Made by a program: the position numbers and the translations under genes. From IMG/VR virus record IMGVR_UViG_3300006133_000325: a DNA stretch of 64,000 bases; one strand, 5' to 3'. Below the pieces are notes generated by a model that saw only the letters and a list, made by a program, of their open reading frames with translations, had not been told where the DNA came from and ran no database searches. This DNA is from a virus (Duplodnaviria > Caudoviricetes). Shown here piece by piece: positions 53,811 to 63,970 of this stretch (position 1 is its first letter; each line of letters starts with the position of its first letter).

Positions 53811-53939
53811 CTGAAAAGGGATAAAATGTCGAAATAAAAAATACGATTTTTTATCATTTTTCAAATTAACTATTGACAAAAATCCCAAAGTATACTAATC
53901 TAAAAATATCATTTTTTAATATTTGGGGAGGTAGCAATT

Positions 53940-54920
53940 ATGAAGGATTTACAAATTAAAACACGAGCATTGTCGTCACTTTTAAAGGATATTCAAAAAG
54001 GAAAATTTAACTTTAATCATCCTTTACAAAGACAAAGTGGACAATGGAACAGAGCAATGATGAGTAAGCTAATTGATACTATTCTACGTTTATACCCTGT
54101 CTATCCTGCATTAGTAGAAGATAACGGAAGTAATGGATACGGGGTTATAGATGGTAAGCAACGACTCACGATATTTGAATCTTATGTTAATGATGGATTT
54201 TCGCTTAGTAAAACTTTACTTCCTATTGAAATTGATGGGGTTCAATATGAAATTGCTGGAAAGAAATTTTCAAAATTAGACGAGGTTTTAAAAGATAGAT
54301 TTTTATCCAGAGAAATACAGCTATATATTATGACTGATGCTACGGAAGATGATATCCGTGAAATATTTGCCAGAATAAATTCCTCCAAGGGCTTATCTAA
54401 TACTCAAAAACGTACTACTGTTGAAAATGAGAAATTGGCAAAGATAATTTTCGATCTGAAATCTCATCCATTATTTGAGAAAATTACTACCCCTAATCAA
54501 CGTAAGAAAGATGAAGATAAAGATATTGTTCGTCAAACTCTTATGTTGTTGACTGCGGGCAAAGATTACGATTTTGGTTCTTTTCGGAATGATGATATTA
54601 ACAAATTCTTAGTTATGTATAATGATAATATCGATCATGATAAAATTGACTTATTAAAAGAAGCTATGGATAGTCTGGATACAGCATTTGAAACACTTTC
54701 TGTGAAAAAGACTACTGCTCCTATCCTACTCTACTCTTACTATAGAGTGATTAAGGACAAAAAGGATATCCAGAAATGGAATGAATGGGTTAAAAAATTC
54801 TTGGAAACATACGATACTAACGAAGAATATTTGAAGTATTGTAATGGTAGCGGAACTGCTTCTGGTGAAATGGTGAAAGGACGTTTGGATTATTTCAGAA
54901 ATGCGTTAAGAGAACTTTAA
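53940..54920 (+). CDS. DUF262 (GmrS/ParB-like) domain protein
   Basis: QR..W, VIDGKQRLT, IFARINS motifs; own TTGACA..TATACT/TAATCT promoter. Confidence 0.88.
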   Translation: MKDLQIKTRALSSLLKDIQKGKFNFNHPLQRQSGQWNRAMMSKLIDTILRLYPVYPALVEDNGSNGYGVIDGKQRLTIFESYVNDGFSLSKTLLPIEIDGVQYEIAGKKFSKLDEVLKDRFLSREIQLYIMTDATEDDIREIFARINSSKGLSNTQKRTTVENEKLAKIIFDLKSHPLFEKITTPNQRKKDEDKDIVRQTLMLLTAGKDYDFGSFRNDDINKFLVMYNDNIDHDKIDLLKEAMDSLDTAFETLSVKKTTAPILLYSYYRVIKDKKDIQKWNEWVKKFLETYDTNEEYLKYCNGSGTASGEMVKGRLDYFRNALREL

Positions 54921-54930
54921 TAATAGAATG

Positions 54931-54969
54931 AAAAAAAGAGCTTGCTGTGAGGGCAGGCTCTTTTTATTT
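54931..54969 (+). terminator. Intrinsic terminator
   Basis: aaagagcttgc..gcaggctcttttt. Confidence 0.8.
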
Positions 54970-55095
54970 ATTACAACAAGAATTGTATTCGCATATAAAA
55001 GCATATTATATATTGTAAACACGATATTGCTATTATTTGTATATTATGTTATAGTAATTATGGTAGTATAAATATAAATGTAAGGTGGATAAAAC

Positions 55096-56301
55096 ATGAA
55101 GATACCTAACTTCCTTATAAAAGATGCTTATCTACAAAATCCTATTATGCGTCGTTTTTTAAAGGAACATAAATTAGATTTTGTAGATAATAAAACAGAT
55201 TACATAAAAACTATAACAGCGTTTGCAAATCTTAATAAAGAAAATGAAAAAGAAGTACTAAATTGGCTTTTAAAAGTTTCAAAAGAAGGTAGCAAAGAAA
55301 TATGTTATCGAAAAATTTATGGCATTGAAGAATATTCTAAAAATCCTTCATTTTTAGAGAATATAATTAAAGATGCATGTCCAGATTGTCCTATGAAAAA
55401 CATCTTATCTTATAAGAATACTCATGAAAGAAAGATGATTGAATATAAAATTATTACTAATGATAATAACGAAGCTATTAGAATAGATTTTACATTTTCC
55501 CGATTATTTTTTTATAAAAATGGAGAAAATATAGAAGGTGAAACAGTTTTCCCTATATTTATTGAAGTTTATTTAGATAAAGGATTTATTATAAGTAGAG
55601 CAAAGGCTAAATCTACGCTTTGTGATTGCAGGAATAATGAACAAAATAATAACGATGTTACAAAAATAAATACCATAGACTATGCGATATCTACTATTAA
55701 TGCAATTATTCATATATTAAATTTTAATGCTGAATCTAATACTAAAATAGTAAATAGCGAAGTCTCTCAAATGCTCTATGGATTATATAAGCAATATTCA
55801 TTTACACCAGAAGATATAGAACATAAAATCAATTCACAAAATTCTTTAATAAATGAATTTGTTAATCATTTTTTTGATAATTTGCATCTCAACATAAGAA
55901 ATAAAGAAAGTGCTATTATGGATACAAAGATTCTTTTAGAAAAATATATATCTGTTAATGGAGATACTGAATCAATATTCAAAAATGATAGAGATGCATA
56001 TCTTACAAAGATTCGTGCTGATGATGAAAGTGAGCTTACAATAATTGACACAACATCTTATAAAAGCGTACCATTACAGTGTACAGAAGCATTTTTTGAT
56101 AGTAAAAAATATGTTATAAGAAGTAAGGCATGCAAACGTTTAAAATTAATTTTTAAGCGTATCGATGAGACTTATTTTAAAGGGAACCCTCTTGTCGTAC
56201 AATTTGGAATATATAAAAATTGTGGTTATGTAAAAACTATGCAATATGCAGAGGAGGCTGATATACAAAATGTTTTACAAACAATTTTTAAAAATTACTG
56301 A
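55096..56301 (+). CDS. Hypothetical protein, first gene of a two-gene operon
   Basis: 401 aa, very AT-rich, own promoter, overlaps the next gene. Confidence 0.65.
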   Translation: MKIPNFLIKDAYLQNPIMRRFLKEHKLDFVDNKTDYIKTITAFANLNKENEKEVLNWLLKVSKEGSKEICYRKIYGIEEYSKNPSFLENIIKDACPDCPMKNILSYKNTHERKMIEYKIITNDNNEAIRIDFTFSRLFFYKNGENIEGETVFPIFIEVYLDKGFIISRAKAKSTLCDCRNNEQNNNDVTKINTIDYAISTINAIIHILNFNAESNTKIVNSEVSQMLYGLYKQYSFTPEDIEHKINSQNSLINEFVNHFFDNLHLNIRNKESAIMDTKILLEKYISVNGDTESIFKNDRDAYLTKIRADDESELTIIDTTSYKSVPLQCTEAFFDSKKYVIRSKACKRLKLIFKRIDETYFKGNPLVVQFGIYKNCGYVKTMQYAEEADIQNVLQTIFKNY

Positions 56302-57343
56302 TGTTTTAAATTCTTCTTTTGTTGAAAATTTTGATTATTGGCTTGCCACTTTACCAAAAAATAATCAAAAAAGTATAACAGCATCTCTTGTTTCTGCGAA
56401 GTTTGGTGTAAAGTATTCTTTTTCCGAATTTATTCTTGACTTTGCTGAAAAACAGGGAATACTTGAAAAGTATTATTTAGTAAGATGTCCAGACTGTGAT
56501 TACCCATTAGAATCTTGTACAGAAGAAGCAGCAAATATTTTAGTAAATCCTATTTATTGCGATGAATGTGAGGAGTACAAATATATCTCCTCAGACGATA
56601 TTTACGTAATTTATAAAGTTATAATGCAACCAGATGCTACTGAAGATGAAATATCGGCAGCAATAGAAATGAGATTAGAACAGACCAAAAATGCAAAAGT
56701 AAATTTTTGTCATGCTGATTCACTTTCCAATAATATATCTTCCTTATATGAAATCTTCTATAATCCAAGTGAATCAGCTTATAATGAGCTTAAATTATTA
56801 AGGGGAAAACTTGATTTGGATTATGGAAGTAATACCACTGATAAAGGAAATTCTTTAGAAATACTAATTTCAAAAATTTTTAATCTCATCAAACACGTAT
56901 CAGTAACAACTGATATAAAAACTAAAACCAATCAATTTGATTGTACTGCTTTATGTAGAGTAAATTCCACATATCCTTCTGTATTTAATTACCTATCTCC
57001 TTATTTTGTTATCGAGTGTAAAAATGAAAAGAAGAAGCCTGATAACACTTATACTAATAAATTAGAAAGTATATTAGATACTAACGAAGCACAATTAGGA
57101 ATCATTTTCGGAAGACAAAATGCAACAAAAACATGTTTTAATATTTCCAGAGAACATTATTTATTAAATAGGAACTCTAAAAAGCAACAAATTATTATAT
57201 CATGTTGTGATGATGATTTAAAATACATAATTGACAAAAAGGTAAATTTATTACAATATATAGAATTTAAAATTTTTCAAATTACTTCTAATAGCCCTTC
57301 TTCAACATTTGAAATAAGGCTACCGCAATCCCACTGGCTTTAG
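56270..57343 (+). CDS. Zn-ribbon plus PD-(D/E)XK (Mrr-like) nuclease; extreme C-terminus hit by IS
   Basis: CPDC..CDEC; KGNSLE..QFD..IECK; GAGGAGG RBS before ATG 56270. Confidence 0.7.
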   Translation: MFYKQFLKITDVLNSSFVENFDYWLATLPKNNQKSITASLVSAKFGVKYSFSEFILDFAEKQGILEKYYLVRCPDCDYPLESCTEEAANILVNPIYCDECEEYKYISSDDIYVIYKVIMQPDATEDEISAAIEMRLEQTKNAKVNFCHADSLSNNISSLYEIFYNPSESAYNELKLLRGKLDLDYGSNTTDKGNSLEILISKIFNLIKHVSVTTDIKTKTNQFDCTALCRVNSTYPSVFNYLSPYFVIECKNEKKKPDNTYTNKLESILDTNEAQLGIIFGRQNATKTCFNISREHYLLNRNSKKQQIIISCCDDDLKYIIDKKVNLLQYIEFKIFQITSNSPSSTFEIRLPQSHWL

Positions 57344-57392
57344 ACGGTGGGTTAAGGTAGCCAAAAGTGGCGGTTTGTGTTATACTTGCGTC

Positions 57393-57797
57393 ATGGGAAC
57401 ATGGAAATCAAAAAACAGGCACAAATATTTGTTACAGTATCATATTATTTTTGTATGTAAATACAGAAAGAAGCTGTTTGCATCAGAACATATATCGGAT
57501 GATATAAAACAGCTTTCGTACGAGATATGCCAGAAACATCATGTGATTATCAGATATATGGAAACTGACAAAGACCATATCCATTACATGATAGAAACAG
57601 AACCGACAATGTCTGTCAGTAAAATAGTAAATCTGATGAAGAGTTACACGACATACCATATATGGAAAAAGTATCAAAACTATCTGCGAAAGCATTTTTG
57701 GAAGGAGCGCACATTCTGGACGGATGGATATTTTGCGTGTAGCGTTGGAAATGTTTCGGAAGAAATGCTTAAAAAATATATAGAAAACCAGGGATAG
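57393..57797 (+). CDS. tnpA: Y1 HUH transposase
   Basis: YHIIFVCKYR, DHIH, FWTDGYF, YIENQ. Confidence 0.95.
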   Translation: MGTWKSKNRHKYLLQYHIIFVCKYRKKLFASEHISDDIKQLSYEICQKHHVIIRYMETDKDHIHYMIETEPTMSVSKIVNLMKSYTTYHIWKKYQNYLRKHFWKERTFWTDGYFACSVGNVSEEMLKKYIENQG

Positions 57798-57813
57798 GGG
57801 GAGACGGCAGCAA

Positions 57814-58917
57814 ATGTTAAAAGCGTACAAATATAGGATATATCCAAATAATGAGCAGAAAGTGCAGATTGCAAAAACATTTGGCTGCTGCCGTTTTGTC
57901 TATAACCAGACTTTAGCACATAGGAAAAATGCTTATGAAAAAGAAAAGAAATCTGTCAGCAGAACAGACTGTAATAATTATTGTAACAGAGAGTTAAAGA
58001 AGGAATATGAGTGGCTGAAGGAAGTGGACAAATTCGCCCTTACAAATGCCATTTATAACATGGATGCGGCATTTCAGAAGTTTTTTAGGGAACATACAGG
58101 ATATCCGAAATTCAAAAGTAAGCATGATAACCATAAGTCTTATACTACAAATTTCACAAATGGGAATATTGCTGCAGATTTTGAGGACGGGAAGATAAAA
58201 CTGCCAAAGTTAAAGCAGGTAAAGGCAAAATTCCACAGGGAATTTGATGGACAGATAAAATCAGCCACAATTTCCCAGGTACCAAGTGGAAAATATTATG
58301 TGTCAATACTTGTGGAAACAGAACATGGAGAACTACCGCAAACAGGCAAAAATATAGGTTTAGATTTAGGCATAAAAGATTTATGCATTACGTCAGAGGG
58401 GAAGAAATACGAAAATCCAAAGACAATAAAAAAATATGAGAAAAAACTGGCAAAACTGCAAAGACAGCTTGCACATAAAGAGAAAAGAAGCAGAAATTAT
58501 TATAAACAGAAAAGGAAAATCGCACGTTGCCATGAGAAAATTACAAATACCAGAAAAGATTATCTGCATAAAGTTTCCCATAAGATTATCAGCGAAAACC
58601 AAGTGATAGTTTCGGAAAACCTGCAGATAAAAAATATGGTAAAAAACCATCAACTGGCAAAAACAATATCAGATGTGTCGTGGTACGAATTAACAAGACA
58701 GTTAGGGTATAAGGCAGAATGGAATGGGAGACAGTACATAAAAATAGATACATTCTATGCAAGCAGCCAGATATGCTCAGCCTGTGGGTATCAGAATACA
58801 GACATAAAAGATTTATCCGTAAGGGAATGGATATGCCCAAAGTGCAGAGCGAAACATGATAGAGACATCAATGCTGCAAAGAATATATTGGCGGAAGGAT
58901 TACGGCAGATAGCATAG
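57814..58917 (+). CDS. tnpB: RNA-guided endonuclease TnpB
   Basis: RuvC GLDLG, SENL, HDRDINAA; CSAC..CPKC zinc finger. Confidence 0.95.
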   Translation: MLKAYKYRIYPNNEQKVQIAKTFGCCRFVYNQTLAHRKNAYEKEKKSVSRTDCNNYCNRELKKEYEWLKEVDKFALTNAIYNMDAAFQKFFREHTGYPKFKSKHDNHKSYTTNFTNGNIAADFEDGKIKLPKLKQVKAKFHREFDGQIKSATISQVPSGKYYVSILVETEHGELPQTGKNIGLDLGIKDLCITSEGKKYENPKTIKKYEKKLAKLQRQLAHKEKRSRNYYKQKRKIARCHEKITNTRKDYLHKVSHKIISENQVIVSENLQIKNMVKNHQLAKTISDVSWYELTRQLGYKAEWNGRQYIKIDTFYASSQICSACGYQNTDIKDLSVREWICPKCRAKHDRDINAAKNILAEGLRQIA

Positions 58918-59312
58918 GATAATAAAATAGGGATGGTGCAGCCCGAATTTACGCCTGTGGAGATAGTAGGTTACGAGGTCGATGAAGCAGGAAGCCCATT
59001 GGCTTTAGACAATGGGTAGTTCACATGTTTTGTAAAGGCAATTAATTTTTATTCTGCTTATTTAAAGAAAAAGTTATTAAAACAACGATTAATGAAGGCT
59101 TGATAATTAACAATAAGAAAATGAATTTTGGGGATGCGGATAGAGTTTTACAGTATATTGCAGAGTTTGAGTTCAAACATCAATATCGTCATTTTTGTTA
59201 TTTTAATGTCATATGCGTATTAGATAAAGAGAATCATATAATAGAACTACTAGATACATTATCAAATCCCAAGAGGATTTCTTTCAGACAAAAGAAAGGA
59301 AAGTTTCTATTC

Positions 59313-61435
59313 ATGAAAAAATTTGATGAATTAAAAGCAGAATATAATAGATTCCACAATAAAGACAAAAGTGTCAATTGCTTCTTGCCAGTTCATTTAA
59401 CAAATGGAAAAGTCGAAACCAATCTTTTTAAAAAGAATGGTACACATAATGAACAATATTACAAATGGCAATTCCTAAATTGTTTTGTCGAAGCAGGATT
59501 ATGTTCAAAAGATTATATTGGAACTGAAGTAAATTTTCCTAAAGGAAATAAAAGTTCTACTATGATAAAATTAGATGGTGCAATTTTTGATGATAAAAAT
59601 TGGTTTGACCATTATCAATCTTTGCATACCAAGAAAGATGATTCCAGATGGGATGAATTAAATTGGTTAAAAGAACATCTTATATGTGCTTTAGAGTTTA
59701 AAAAAGAAGGTTCAAAAGATATAAAGGGCGTATTTAATAGCCAATTAAAAACCTACATGAATGAATCTTCAAAAGAAATAGTGCTTGGTATTTTATATGA
59801 TGAAGAGAGACTATATTTATTTAAATCTGAAGGAAAAAATATTATCGTTTAAGTGATGAATTTAATATCGAAAACAAAGGTAAACTTGAACCTACTTTTG
59901 ATATTCCTGATGGATATAGTAATCTATTAAGTTTTGATGAAATCATAAAGTATGATACATCCAAAAAAACTCTTAAAGATTATTCTGGAAGACAATTAAG
60001 TGAATTAAGTATTATTTCAAAAACTGATTCTAAAAGATTAAATGATGCTCTTTATCAAATCTTACACACCATGGATAAATGTGGTTTAGTTAATCAGAAA
60101 GGCTATAATATATTGATTCAACTACTTACGTTAAAAATATATGATGAAAAAAATAATTTTTCTGATTTAAAGTATTATATTAATCCAGCAGAATCTACAT
60201 ATAAAAAAATATCAGAAGATGGTCTGCAAGAATTTTTACAAAGAATTGAACAAATTCGTATAAAGGCAAAAACACAATATAAGAAAATTCTTAAAGAGAA
60301 TTACTTTGATCATAAAAACGAAAACCAAATTAAAGTTGTTATTGAAATTGTTCGCCAATTTCAAAATTATAGTTTTACTTGTTCAGAAAGAAATAATTTA
60401 TATCAATTAGTATTTTATCAATTTGCCTCTCAATTCAGCAAGGCGGATAATGCTCAATTTGTAACTCCATTACAAATAATTGATTTTATTGTGGATATGA
60501 TAAATCCAAAACACAATGAAAGTATTATTGATCCTACTGTTGGTATTGCTGACTTTTTATCCGTATCTTATGTAAAATCAAACGGAACATTAGATGATAA
60601 AAATTTCTATGGGCTTGATATAGATGAAGATATGGTTAAACTAGCAACTCTTAATATGCTTTTAAATGGTGATGGAAATGCTACGATTGAGGCACAGACA
60701 GATGGACTTGGTTCGATAAACACAAAGTTTGATGATGAAGGTAACTTGATTAAGCTTGTGCCAAAAACAGAAAAGCAAGAACATAATTATAACGGCAAAT
60801 GGGACAACAGAGTTGATGGAAAATCCCTGAAAAAATTTAATATAGTTTTAACAAATCCGCCATTTGGTGAAGCAAGATCATGGATCCCAACAGGAAGCGA
60901 AAAAGATATTGCTGAATGCTATGAATTATGGAACAAATATAAGCAAACAAAAATTGATTTAGGTGTAATTTTTCTTGAAAATGCAGTACGTATTTTAGAG
61001 CGTAATGGTAGAATGGCTATCGTTTTATCAAATTCGATTGCATCTATTGATGCTCATAAAGAAGCCAGAAAATGGTTGTGTGAAAATATGAGAATTGTTG
61101 CAATTATTGATTTACCTGCAAATATTTTTGCGGAAGCAGGAGTCGCTCCTACTATTATTATCGCCTATAAACCAGATAACGCAGAGTTGATGAAATTAAA
61201 AAACAATAATTATCAAGTTTTTTCAAAGGAAATAAAGAAGGTGGGATATGAAGTCAAAACCAAAAATAAAGTTAAGTGTTTTGAAACTCAATATAAATTA
61301 AATCCAGAAACTTTTGAAAAAGAAATTAATGACGATGGAACCGCAAAATTAGATGAAGAATTTACAGAGACAGTATTAGCCTTTAAACAATGGTGTAACA
61401 AACAAGAAGATACTTTGAAAAAACTATTTTTGTAA
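59313..61435 (+). pseudogene. Fused endonuclease/N6-adenine methyltransferase (type IIB/IIG-like), split by a 1-nt frameshift at A6 59834-59839
   Basis: E..D..EFK nuclease N-domain; DPTVG and NPPF MTase motifs; second frame is open from 59840. Confidence 0.8.
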
Positions 61436-61454
61436 AAAAGGGGCAGTACCTAAA

Positions 61455-62954
61455 ATGAAGAAACAATATATTGACATTCCTCTCTTTACTACTTTTGAAG
61501 ATATAATTAACAAAGATTATACTTTATCAGCTACACAATACAAATCTTTTTTATGTAAAAACAAGAATATTAAACCAGTTTCTGAATTTTTGGATCGAGA
61601 TTTACAAAGAAAAGATTTAGGAAGTGAAGTTGGGAGTGAATCCTATGTAGAAAATTCTCCTTTCTTTTTTATCAAAACAAAGGCTTTACAGCCAGAATCA
61701 TATTTATTAGATATTACAAAAGAATCTATTCCAAGCATAACGCCAAAGAATTATATCGAAATGAATTTAAGACAGGGAGACTTATTAATATCAAAAGACA
61801 GCAATGTAGGCGAAATAGTTATATTAGATAAAGATTATCCAAACACCATGCTTTGTGGTGGTATTTATCGATTACCTATTACAAAAAATAAATATTATTT
61901 GTTAGCCTTTATTAAAAGTGATATTTTTTCCATGCAAATAGATTTCCTTGTTCCAAGAGGTTCTACAATTAGACATGGAAAAACAAAATTTTTGGATTGC
62001 ATGATTCCAATGCCAAATAAAAATCCTAAAGAAACGATTCAATATATAGAATTATTAATACAGGCTATTATTAGTAAAGAAATTAAAATAAGAAAAAAAC
62101 ACAAACAAATTATTAATGAAATCCAAAAAGAACTAGAATTAAATCAAAATAATAGAGAGTTTAAATATAATTTACCAAATATATCTGAAATAATGAACTT
62201 GGACAGAATGGATTCGTCTTTGTATTCTGAAGAATTTAAAAAGAAAGAATTTCTTATTAGCAATTATAAATATGGTGTATCTTCTATAAAAGAATTGGGA
62301 TTTGAAATTACTAGAGGTCAAAATTTGCAAATATCAAATATAGGAAAGTCTATTCAGACTGATACATATAAAGAAGGATACTACACTCTTATATTACCTA
62401 AATTCTTATCAAAATATGGAACGGTATACAAACAAGAATATTTAGGAAATCCCAACAAATTAAAGACTTTAAAAAAAGGAGATATAATATTTGGTGCAGA
62501 AGGAAATGAAAAAGGTAGGTCTTTAGCAATAATAGAAGAGCAAAATAATGCAATTACCAATATACATGGAATTACTTTAAACCAAAAACAGCATAATTTA
62601 ACAAAGGGTATTTTTATCAAATTATTTTTAGATTATTATAGGACACATGGTATGATAGACTCCTATGCTGTTGGAGGTAATGGTGGAAGTTTGGCAATAA
62701 AGTATTGGGATTTTTTAAAATTTCCAAATTTTTTAGATGATAAGGAAGCCGAAATTGTACAGTTATACCACAATGAAAATGTTACTTATTCTCCTGGAAG
62801 ATGTACTTTAAATGACTTTTTGGATTATGATTCTGCATTTAATAAAGAAGCTGGAATATATGAAATAGACAAAACTATAAAATATTTACAAAAAAAATTA
62901 AACAATGCTATCAATAATATTGTTGATGATAATGAAGTTAAGATCGAATTTTAA
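61455..62954 (+). CDS. R-M specificity (HsdS-like) subunit
   Basis: Two TRD-like halves (LRQGDLLIS, LKKGDIIFG) with helical spacers; follows the MTase. Confidence 0.75.
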   Translation: MKKQYIDIPLFTTFEDIINKDYTLSATQYKSFLCKNKNIKPVSEFLDRDLQRKDLGSEVGSESYVENSPFFFIKTKALQPESYLLDITKESIPSITPKNYIEMNLRQGDLLISKDSNVGEIVILDKDYPNTMLCGGIYRLPITKNKYYLLAFIKSDIFSMQIDFLVPRGSTIRHGKTKFLDCMIPMPNKNPKETIQYIELLIQAIISKEIKIRKKHKQIINEIQKELELNQNNREFKYNLPNISEIMNLDRMDSSLYSEEFKKKEFLISNYKYGVSSIKELGFEITRGQNLQISNIGKSIQTDTYKEGYYTLILPKFLSKYGTVYKQEYLGNPNKLKTLKKGDIIFGAEGNEKGRSLAIIEEQNNAITNIHGITLNQKQHNLTKGIFIKLFLDYYRTHGMIDSYAVGGNGGSLAIKYWDFLKFPNFLDDKEAEIVQLYHNENVTYSPGRCTLNDFLDYDSAFNKEAGIYEIDKTIKYLQKKLNNAINNIVDDNEVKIEF

Positions 62955-62964
62955 CCCAACGCAG

Positions 62965-63003
62965 CAAGAAGCCCCCGCCTCTTAGGCGGCGGGAGTATGT
63001 CAC
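62965..63003 (+). mobile_element. Minimal ~39-bp IS200/IS605 end remnant
   Basis: CAAGAAG start as in the 53.8-kb left end, one hairpin CCCGCC/GGCGG, GTCAC end. Confidence 0.6.
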
Positions 63004-63015
63004 TAACTTATTAAA

Positions 63016-63267
63016 ATATTTGATAAACCAATAACAGCGATAAAGGGAATTATTGATGAGTTAAAGTCGTATAACTCCGTGCTTTCTGAGTCAACAGACC
63101 TACAGAAATCGCACATTGATGTAGTGACGCAGCAAAATTCTTCATTAGGAAATTATTTATCTGGGTTAAATGGTGCTGAAGCATCGCTGGGCGGTTATGC
63201 AAAGTCTTTAGTTAAGTCAAAAATTGCTTCTATCGGACTACAGGCTGCTTCTATTGCGCTAAATGCT
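63016..63267 (+). CDS. Tail tape measure protein, predicted exon 3
   Basis: IFDKPITAIKG..LGNYLSGLNGAEASLGGYAKSLV..AASIALNA is TMP-like; no RBS; in frame with exon 2. Confidence 0.65.
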
Positions 63268-63340
63268 AAGCTTGATAATTTATCCTCATGTAAAATTAAC
63301 CAGGAACACTTTTATAGGCATTCCTGGTTATGCTGCTTTT

Positions 63341-63970
63341 CTATTCTTTGATAAAATCGACACATAATATTCCATCTTCTGTATCATAAAAAATAGTCAA
63401 TAATCCATCACTATCTTTACATGTAACCTTATTTCCTTCCACTTCATATGTTCCAGTTTTTGTTTCTACTACTTGATAATCATGAACATGTGATTCACTA
63501 TTATTACAACCAGAACATGCCATATAAATAAATTCAACTGTATTATCTTTATTAAATTGAATTGTGTCAGCTATTGACCAATTTTCATATGTTACCTCTG
63601 TTTCTTGATTTTGAAGTGGTAATTCACCTTCCCATTTATAACAAATCATATTTTTATAAACATAGCCAAAATCTGAACCAAGTTCTATATCGTCAGATTC
63701 CTCTTCTCCATTAAATAATGTTAGCTTATTTTCATCAATTCTATATGTTCCATAATCAAACCAAGTAATTCCCATATCATCCAATTCTTCTCCAAATCCA
63801 TCAATGTCATAATAATTAGTAGAATATGTTCCATCTTTTGAAAACCTAAAATAGACTTCTGTGTTTAAACCTATATATTTACCCTCAAGTATATTTCTAT
63901 TGGAGTTACATGCTATCAACCCTAATAAAAACACCATCATTATCAAAATTATATTGACTTTCTTTTTCAT
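63341..63970 (-). CDS. Lipoprotein with two repeated beta domains
   Basis: Signal peptide with LIAC lipobox; FSKDGTY..GTYRID and FNKDNTV..GTYEVE repeats; GGAGG RBS. Confidence 0.8.
   Translation of the reverse strand: MKKKVNIILIMMVFLLGLIACNSNRNILEGKYIGLNTEVYFRFSKDGTYSTNYYDIDGFGEELDDMGITWFDYGTYRIDENKLTLFNGEEESDDIELGSDFGYVYKNMICYKWEGELPLQNQETEVTYENWSIADTIQFNKDNTVEFIYMACSGCNNSESHVHDYQVVETKTGTYEVEGNKVTCKDSDGLLTIFYDTEDGILCVDFIKE

Larger units (their letters stand above)
57314..59024 (+). mobile_element. IS200/IS605 family element (tnpA+tnpB)
   Basis: Matching subterminal hairpins CCCACTGGCTTTAGACGGTGGG and CCCATTGGCTTTAGACAATGGG; ends TTCAC; left boundary uncertain by ~2 nt. Confidence 0.92.
53030..63015 (+). 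ncRNA. Group I intron 2 (core 53030-53510; predicted 3' end 63015; 9986 nt)
   Basis: P1 TAGGT/GCCTA with U.G; P7 A(C)GACTA/TAGTCT; P8 GTGGTATC/GATACTGC; guide TATCGAATAT pairs with ATATTTGATA at 63016, in frame with the next TMP segment; core is secure, 3' end is inferred. Confidence 0.7.

Noticed and set aside
53582-53857. 91-aa minus-strand ORF
   Set aside because: Runs through IS end hairpins; no recognisable protein motif
54170-54180. G-ATATTTGAA as an alternative intron-2 3' splice site
   Set aside because: Shorter guide match, lies inside the DUF262 gene and would not restore TMP sequence; cryptic use not excluded
53030-59024. Intron 2 plus tnpA/tnpB as a classical IStron
   Set aside because: The IS has its own complete ends, sits inside a cargo gene about 3.8 kb from the core, and its right end is not followed by TMP sequence
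10517-62620. Many short antisense or nested ORFs in the track
   Set aside because: Shadow frames of longer motif-bearing genes, without RBS or motifs
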